Shown piece after piece: positions 57,000 to 64,000 of a stretch of 64,000 nucleotides of DNA. A program made the position numbers and the translations under genes. Positions within the stretch are counted from its first letter, which is position 1; every line of letters begins with the position of its first letter. This DNA is from Chlorokybus atmophyticus (lineage: Eukaryota; Plantae; Mesostigma and Chlorokybus algae): contig RHPI01002438.1 in NCBI GenBank assembly GCA_009103225.1, positions 1,186,848 to 1,250,847 on the forward strand, in the 5' to 3' direction. Below the pieces are notes generated by a model, which was not told the DNA's origin, made no database searches, and worked only from the letters and a program-made list of their open reading frames with translations.

Positions 57000-59300
57000 C
57001 GAGCCCACACATTTGGCAAGTAGCATATAACTTTGTTAAGCATACAAGGCAAGTACACACGCACAGCTGGCTTGCACGTGTATTTCAGTGGTACTGTAAT
57101 GTACACCCGTGCATGCATGCGTCAAACTGCCCAACCAGCTTAGGGACGTGTTCGTTTACTCCCACAGCCACAAGTACTATGTACACATGCCTGCTTCACG
57201 CACTCACCCACCCACTGCTGCACCCACTCACCTTCTTACGTACATGCTTGCAAGCGCACGCACAAGCGCACGGGCATGCGCGCACGGGCATGCGCGTTCA
57301 CGCACGCATGTGCTCTGTGTCACGCATACATATGCACTCAAACAAACAATTTTGAGGATCTGGCTATAGATCGGTAGCAACTGCTTCATAGGCACAGTCC
57401 AGTGCAGCTCATGAAGCAGTTGCTATCAGTGGGCTCATTGCGCTCAGATTATTGTGATTATGTGGCAATAATAATGTGGCAAAGTCCGTGTGGTTGAATA
57501 ATGCGCATGCATACCTTCCTTCTTATGCAGCCAGACCAAGTCGGCAAGTATTGCTGCTAGCTTGATCACTTAATAGCTGAGCTAATGCAACTGTGCATGT
57601 TGACTTCTCAGCTGCGTCACGCATGGTGCCTCCGCAGCTGTGCATTGGCTATGGGTTGTTCCAACGCCGGCGCTTTGCATGATTGCTATTGCAAGCTGAC
57701 TTGCTGAGTCGTGCAGGTTGCCAATACAAAGTGCCAACCACGTGGATGGTGTCTTATTACCAAGCAGCTGCACAATGCCTACTTCACAGTCCCGTGGGAG
57801 TGAGCACATGTGTTTTTGTGCATAAGGTACACTCACACAATGCAGGCGGGCACGTGCGTGTGCATAGGCATGCATGTGTGTTGCATAGGTATGCATGTGT
57901 GCGCATGTATGTTTATGTGTGTGTGCGTGTGCATGTGCACGCAGGTGCGTGCGTCCGCTTGTGGTTAGGCGTGTGCATGACTGTTTGTGCGCAGGTCACC
58001 CTGGGCATCATTGTCGGTGGGGGAAGCCCGATGCGGCTCTGCTCAGAGCGCAGGGTTGGGGGGGTGCTGCAACTAGGTGCACCCGCTGGACCTCAAGGGG
58101 AGCGGAGGGAAGGGGTAATGAAAGTATGTGCTTGCGCATGCATGTGCATTTGCATGCGCATGTATATGCGCGTGCATGTGACATGTGCTCGTTGTGACAC
58201 ACGCACATACACACATTTGTTGAATGGGGCTCATAGACCGCACTGTTGCCATAGGCTGGCTCATAGGCTGCAGTGTCCGCACTGTCCAGTGCAGCCTATG
58301 AGCGTTTGCCATATGCGGGCTCATAGGCTGCACTGTCTAGTGCAGCGTATGAGGCGGTTGGTAAAGTAGGGCGCATAGGCACCGCACTGATTAGAGCCGC
58401 CTATGAGAGCGGTTTGACACTTTGTTGGTTTGCTATCAAGCAAGCAAGGGCACGAAGCAATGCAATGCAACACATACTTATACATGTGTGTGCAGGCTGT
58501 GTACAGTTGCACAACTGTTGTATGGAGGAGCATGTACCCCCTCCACACCATTGCAACGCCTCGCCAGGCGATAGCTGCAAGGAGCGTCTCAGGCATATGG
58601 TGCAGGTGCATGCGTGCGTAGTTGTGTTCATGCTTGCGTGTGAATCTGTCGGCAACTTTACATGTATACAAATACACGTATGCTCACTCACCTGTCCCCT
58701 AAACAAAACATTGCCAGCCCACCACGCCCTGGACGCTGCGCAAGGCCAGCAGCGCGGTGGTGAACCGGGGTTGCAGGCCTTACCATTGGTGGGAAAAGCC
58801 TGATGCTACTGCGCTTGTCAGGGCGCGCGAGGGGGCTGCTACACTGAGATTCAACTGCTGAAACGCAGGTGAGCGGAGGGGGAAGGGAAAGGGAAACGGA
58901 AGGGCGAGGGGGCTGCGCTCGCACGCGCAAGCGCACAGGCATGTGCGTGTGCAATTATGCATGTGCGTGCAAGTATGCATGTGCTTTTCATTACGCATGC
59001 ATGCATTTACACACATGCACACATTTGTTACAATCGACTCATAGACTGCATTGAACAGTGCGGCCTACGAGCAAGTTGCTGTAGACTGGCTCGTAGACCG
59101 CACTTCAATGCGGTCTATGAGGCAGTTTTGCATGTACAATATGCATGTGAACGGTGTGCCCCCCCTCCCCCCCCGCCCCCGCCCCCCGCTTCCTTATTCA
59201 AGAGATGCGCGCACGCACACACATGCAAGCACGCACGCATGCGCATGGACTCATGCACATGTTTGCGCTTGCGCGCAGGTATGTGAACACGTGCAGGTCA
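57000..59300. repeat. Low-complexity TG/CA (TGCATG, GTGTGC) region
   Basis: Dense alternating purine-pyrimidine tracts with no coherent ORF. Confidence 0.7.
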
Positions 59301-59840
59301 GCAAACAGCAACCCAAGCTGGCAGTCAGCCCGCTGCTGACAAGAGAGAAGTTGTAGTGCACGGCGCTCAGCGGCTGCATATGCAAGCACTACGTTGCTCG
59401 AACTTCCCCCGTGCTCCCACTTCAACACCGGTAATTTTGGGACCCCCCGAGTCCTGATTTTTCACGCCATCTCGTCTGAATAATGATGACTTGATCCGTT
59501 TCACGCCTTTTGTCCGTGAATATCCAATGGTTATTGTACTTTCTGTCCCATTCCTGCCAAAAGGAACAGTGTTCTTCACCCGCAAGACGCATTCATATTC
59601 AACGTACATACCACTGAACCTCGTTTCAACCCGTACACTTTGCATTTCAAACTGAGTATTTCGTGCATATTCAAGGTCAGTCAAGTTGTACTTGATGCAC
59701 GATATGGTACAATGAATTGTCAGTGCCCAAACAGCAGAATAATCACCCAGCGTGTGTGGTGCTGGCTACGACTTGCTGCGAAAACCCCGAGTCCTAAATA
59801 CCATTGCATAGTCACCGTCATATTCAGGGAACATTTAGCA

Positions 59841-59999
59841 TGAAATACACCAAGTCCCAAGTGCCATCGAACATTCAACACCACTTGACAAAACTGCCGA
59901 TGTGAAATTACACCAAGTGCCAAGTGCCATTGAAAGTTCAACACCACTTGGCAAAACTGCCGCTGTGAAATTACACTAAGTCCCAAGTGCCATTGAAAA
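59841..59999 (+). repeat. Tandem repeat, unit about 62 bp, about 2.5 copies
   Basis: TGAAATTACACCAAGTGCCAAGTGCCATTGAA...CACCACTTGGCAAAACTGCCG units. Confidence 0.85.
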
Positions 60000-60281
60000 G
60001 GCAAGCATGCTAATGGCATGCATTCCAAATTCTATTCTATTAAGCACAAAGTTAGCTTGGGCTACTATTACACAGCTGGCCAATGAACCTGTGCTTTTGA
60101 CTACAATTTAGCTATGTACCAACCGCCTGCTACTTCACATCCGCCGTGACGTTTGCTGTGCTGGCATGCTGTCCATGAGTGTTCGCAGTCGTCTCCTTAA
60201 GCTGTCTGCCTCTTTTGGACGAAACCAATCCTTTTGCATCTGCGTTGCACACACCCACACCATCTGGTTGCTCAACACATG

Positions 60282-62000
60282 TCAACCTACACGACTTTGC
60301 ACTAAGGCAGCTGCCATATGGAGTACATTCCAATGCATGAGCTGTACCTGCTGAAATATCGGGGCGTTTTGCTCAATTGGACCAGCTTGTATCCCATCTA
60401 TAAACTTGTCAAGGTAAACCATGACAAACAGCCCGCACGCAACTCCATCCCTCTGCTGAGGGACCTGCACGAACACGCTATGTCAATGCGGGCGAACCAA
60501 ACGTATGTGCATCTACATAGGGATTGTGCCGGGAGAGGGCGTGACCTCATCACCAGGCCAAAACAACATGTCCTCCCTGTGGATCAAGTAGCGGGACGTT
60601 TGCGGGAGAGAAGCGCTGTTGCGACTCACTTCCATGCTTCCTGCCCCACATATAGTTTAGATAAGCGCGCATTGGTCCGTCGACGTTGCGATGTAGACCA
60701 AGGGAGTCGAGATGGACGATCAAGGGCGGCGTGTTGCTTCCAAGTTCCCCTCCAGGATTGCACACCAGCAGCAGACTCCAGTGAGTCCTGTGGCATGCAG
60801 ACTTCAAAGTGAGTCCATGCGAGCAAGTACAGCAGCACTGCAGTGCGAGAACTTGGCTTCACTCTCACCGGCTGTCTGGGTTGACAATTGCTGCCAGCAA
60901 GTTCTTGGAAAACGGATCGTTCTCCCACCTATCTATCCTGTGATTGCCACTGTGCCAGTTATGTTGTTCATGGCAGTGCACAATCTTGGTGTAGAAGTGC
61001 GGGTTGAACAGCCTCACGTGAATGCCTTCAGCTCTGCCCACGACCTCCTCTTCCTTATATCTGCGCGTGCGTGACACATACATGACACAGCTGCACAACA
61101 CCAACAACGCAAGGCTCATACCTGCAAAAGAAGTGGAGCACGGTGTCGTTGAGCTCCTGTCTGCCGTCCAGCAACTTTCTGTCCGCTTCAAACACTGGCA
61201 CCGCATCACGTGCATTTGCACTAGGGTAAATGAACAGGGGCACAGGTGTTGACGCCTCAACTTCAGCACCCGGCCCGTCCAGCACCATGATGTCATCATC
61301 GCTGTCCACGAGGTCCACAACTGCTGCAGCCGTCGTGGTTCCCTGACTTGGGTGCTGGCGACGTTCCCCGTTGGCATCCTCATCATCAAGTTCCATCGGG
61401 ACTGGCTCTGCAGCGTAAAAAGGTAGGATTATGCAATAAGCGCCGCAACGCAAACCAAGAAGCGCCAGCACGTTGCTGCTTACCACTCATATCCTCATCC
61501 CCGCACTCTTGAACAAAGCTTTTACCCACGCTCTCAGTCGGTGGTTGTGAAACCCAACCGCTGCTGCCCGGCAGAGAACGACGCGCGAGGCTATCCCTTG
61601 GAAGCTGTGCCGGAGCCCCACCTTCTTCGTACGCAGCGCATTGCGAGCATGTGACCGAAAAGATGTTACCAACAGCATGACGTTGACAGAGGCTGTTTGG
61701 GCATGTCGCGCATACTTGTCGAGCTGGTTCATTGCATCTGTGCACATGGCACCTGCGTTCCAGTGATCATTTTAGAACTTGTCGACTTCAGACACCATGC
61801 ATTCACTGGATACTGAAGCTTACTTGTGCCTTGGGCATTCCCAATGGTCATCTTCCACAGGTGGTACAGTGACGCAGCGTGCGTGGTAGCTCTTCCAGCA
61901 GCCTTCTGCATCACAGCCGAATATGCTACCGCCATCCTTGCAGACAAAGCAATAGTCTTCGTGTTCACGATTCTCCAATGCATCCAGCTCTAGCCCCGGT
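60282..62000 (-). CDS. Spliced gene: PHD-C5HCH (NSD-type), SIM-like motifs, Ulp1/peptidase C48 SUMO protease
   Basis: In-frame GT-AG introns at 61753-61823, 61408-61483, 61061-61121, 60788-60868; ELNDTVLHFF, FNPHFYTKI, THWSLL, HLDSL, VPQQRDGVACG. Start and last junction unresolved. Confidence 0.8.
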
Positions 62001-62411
62001 CTCATCCTGCAAACCAAGGTCAGGTGCCCAGATCTGCAGTCACACAACAGTAGGTATATGCAGCATCACAATAGCAAAGAGTACCTCATGTACTCAAAAT
62101 GCCAGTCACGGCGTGTGGTCCACGACACCTCGCTCGAAGCGCTGTTGGTTTCGCTGTGGTCACCCTGCACCATGTGCATGTACACAAGATGGTTGTATGT
62201 GATGCCAAGACCCGGGAACTATGAGGACACCCAGATTCTCACAAACAAATCTGCTCTCACCGGAGTGTCGCGGTGCACACCTCGGCGCATGAGGCTTCGC
62301 CTGTCTTTGACAAGCGCTACTGTTATTTTGGTGTCATACGGGTCAATACCCTCAAACCACTGGCCCTTGACCTGCCAGCAAGGACATGTATCACCCAATC
62401 TCACTCTACCA

Positions 62412-63765
62412 TCAACTCGCAAAAACCGCTGCAACACACCTACTTACTAGGTTGCAATCAAGGTAGGTTTGTTCTGCAAAGCGGGGCTTGTCTTTCCTCA
62501 GGATTGCAAAGCCTCCCATGTGCTGCACCTGGTTGCTCATGTACCACCTCGCTCTGAGGAGCTGGTGCTCCCAACCGGCTACCACGACAACATCAAAAGA
62601 CTGCACCCTGCCATACCAGTGGACCTTCTTGGTTGGGTCATTTGAGTCACGCCCAACGGTAAACACTCCGCAGTCCATAGTGCGGAGCTTCTTCTCAGTG
62701 TCCTCCGCTCTGAACTGGCCAATGTCCTTGTAGCGCGCTCTGTAGTACCTCATGATGTACTTTGGAAAAATGGGACCACTCAACAGCTCCATCTCGTGTT
62801 GAGTAAGCTCCCTATCAGGTCCACGCCAATGATGCAGCTCAGTCATGTGCTCCATGTCACTGGTCACGAGATTCCCTTGTGCTTGGGCCCTTTCGCGTGT
62901 CTTCCGCCGTTTTTGAACAGCCCGACTGAATTCTCTGTTTACCAACCCATTGTGGACTCATAATATGCAGGGGACATTGCGTACCAAACAACGATTGCTA
63001 AAGCAACTTACTCTTTTAGCTGCCTGTACTCATCGTCATTTTCGGCCAACCACCACTCCAGCTCCTGCCTGATCTTGCTATCTTTCTCACACTCAACACG
63101 GTGTCTGCGCCCGCAGAGGACATAGTCATCATCATCTCGCTCCTTGCCCGATCGCAGACTGATGCCGACGAAAAGCCTCTTCAAGGTGTCCATGTAAGTG
63201 TTCAACATGAGCTGGATGGAGTATCTGCAGACATAACTTGCATTTAACACAAGTCAAAGAACGAGAGTACGAAACAGGTTGCATGCAACTTTTAGTTGGC
63301 CCAGACTTGCCTTTTGCAGATGCTTGCTTCCACATGCTGCCTGGCAAAAATCATGCGCTTCACCCACTGCATAAATCGTTCGTCGGCCCACTCCCAGTGA
63401 TCGCGCACCGGACCAAGCCACATGCATTGCCCTGGTTGATGGCCAAGGAGATGCAGCATTATTGTGAGCGAAGTCCGCGGGAAGAACAGCTCCACCTCAG
63501 ACTGTGCCTTATGCACCAGCACCTGCGATGAATAATGCAAGTCATGCAACCTGTAGAAGCTAAGCATACACATGGAAGGTATGGTTAAAGCCCTAACCTG
63601 CAGTTCTTTAAGGTGTGACTGCTTCACTTGCAATGCAGTCAGCCGCTGATAGATGTCGCAGAGTTTGAGGATTGTTTTCTTCTGATCTTCTCCAATGTCA
63701 TGAGCAGAGCGCAGCACGTACTGGAAAATCACGGACCACAAGTTGTGCTTGTCGTGCGATTTCAT
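62412..63765 (-). pseudogene. CACTA TnpD C-terminal domains (DUF4218- and DUF4216-like)
   Basis: HLLGH...GPVRDHWEWADERFMQWVKRMI...EASI; DCGVF...WYGRV...LRARW. Confidence 0.8.
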
Positions 63766-64000
63766 CGAGCCTGTGTGCTCACTACATCAGATTGNGTCAG
63801 ATTGTTAAGTAGACACAATGTGCAATGCAAGGACACTAAGTTGATTTGCATGCAGTTGAGAACCATGGTGGTTGTCTCACCTAAATGCTTGGTGAAAGAC
63901 TGCAGCTTAAAGCCGAAGTGCTTGGAACCCTCACGCCTGAGAGTAATTGCTCAACCAGCCCTGCATCCGTGATTGCCCATGGAGCCTGAGGTTTGACCTT

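Larger units (their letters stand above)
59387..64000 (-). mobile_element. CACTA-2 DNA transposon (other end outside the window)
   Basis: CACTACG terminus candidate at 59387, subterminal tandem repeats, TnpD C-terminal domains. Confidence 0.7.

Noticed and set aside
57000-59380. Host gene exons in the low-complexity region
   Set aside because: Some splice-like motifs are present but no coherent frame or recognisable domain; the ORFs are Cys/His/Met-rich products of TG/CA repeats.
59841-59999. CRISPR-like array (also considered for 2585-3090 and 31150-31900)
   Set aside because: Units are tandem without unique spacers, there are no cas genes, and the context is eukaryotic TE DNA.

Overview
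Eukaryotic DNA made almost entirely of nested transposable elements; no host gene could be identified with confidence. A green-lineage, probably streptophyte-algal, origin is an inference from DNMT-carrying Gypsy elements and composition. One old minus-strand Ty3/Gypsy element (M, left end outside the window, 5' end at 47044) carries four large insertions: a non-autonomous Gypsy derivative (E1, <1-4298), a degenerate Gypsy (E2, 5074-13198, TSD GCCT), a 13-kb CACTA/CMC-type DNA transposon (about 18880-31938), and a young Gypsy (E3, 33406-46596, TSD GTTG) that itself holds a 2-kb Copia derivative (35794-37840, TSD GGGGC). M, E2 and E3 each encode a DNMT3-like cytosine methyltransferase between protease and RT; E2 and E3 end in integrase plus PHD finger. 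Main observation: these Gypsy elements lack ordinary LTRs. E3 and E1 are arranged A-body-B-A-B, and E2 is A-body-B with no long repeat. The integrated TG...CA ends lie in the middle of the B+A repeat unit, and the uncut internal B/A junction is a palindrome (GACA-GC-TGTC), while the PPT and primer-site boundaries are not the integrated ends. This fits integration of 2-LTR or 1-LTR circles opened by the DDE integrase at an internal att palindrome (a model, not shown by the sequence). Right of 47 kb lie a DIRS-type remnant (RT, RNase H, Dam-like MTase, antisense tyrosine recombinase), a probable MULE relic, a pogo-like element, low-complexity DNA, and a second CACTA carrying a spliced PHD-C5HCH / SIM / Ulp1 SUMO-protease gene. 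All alignments and counts were done by eye.
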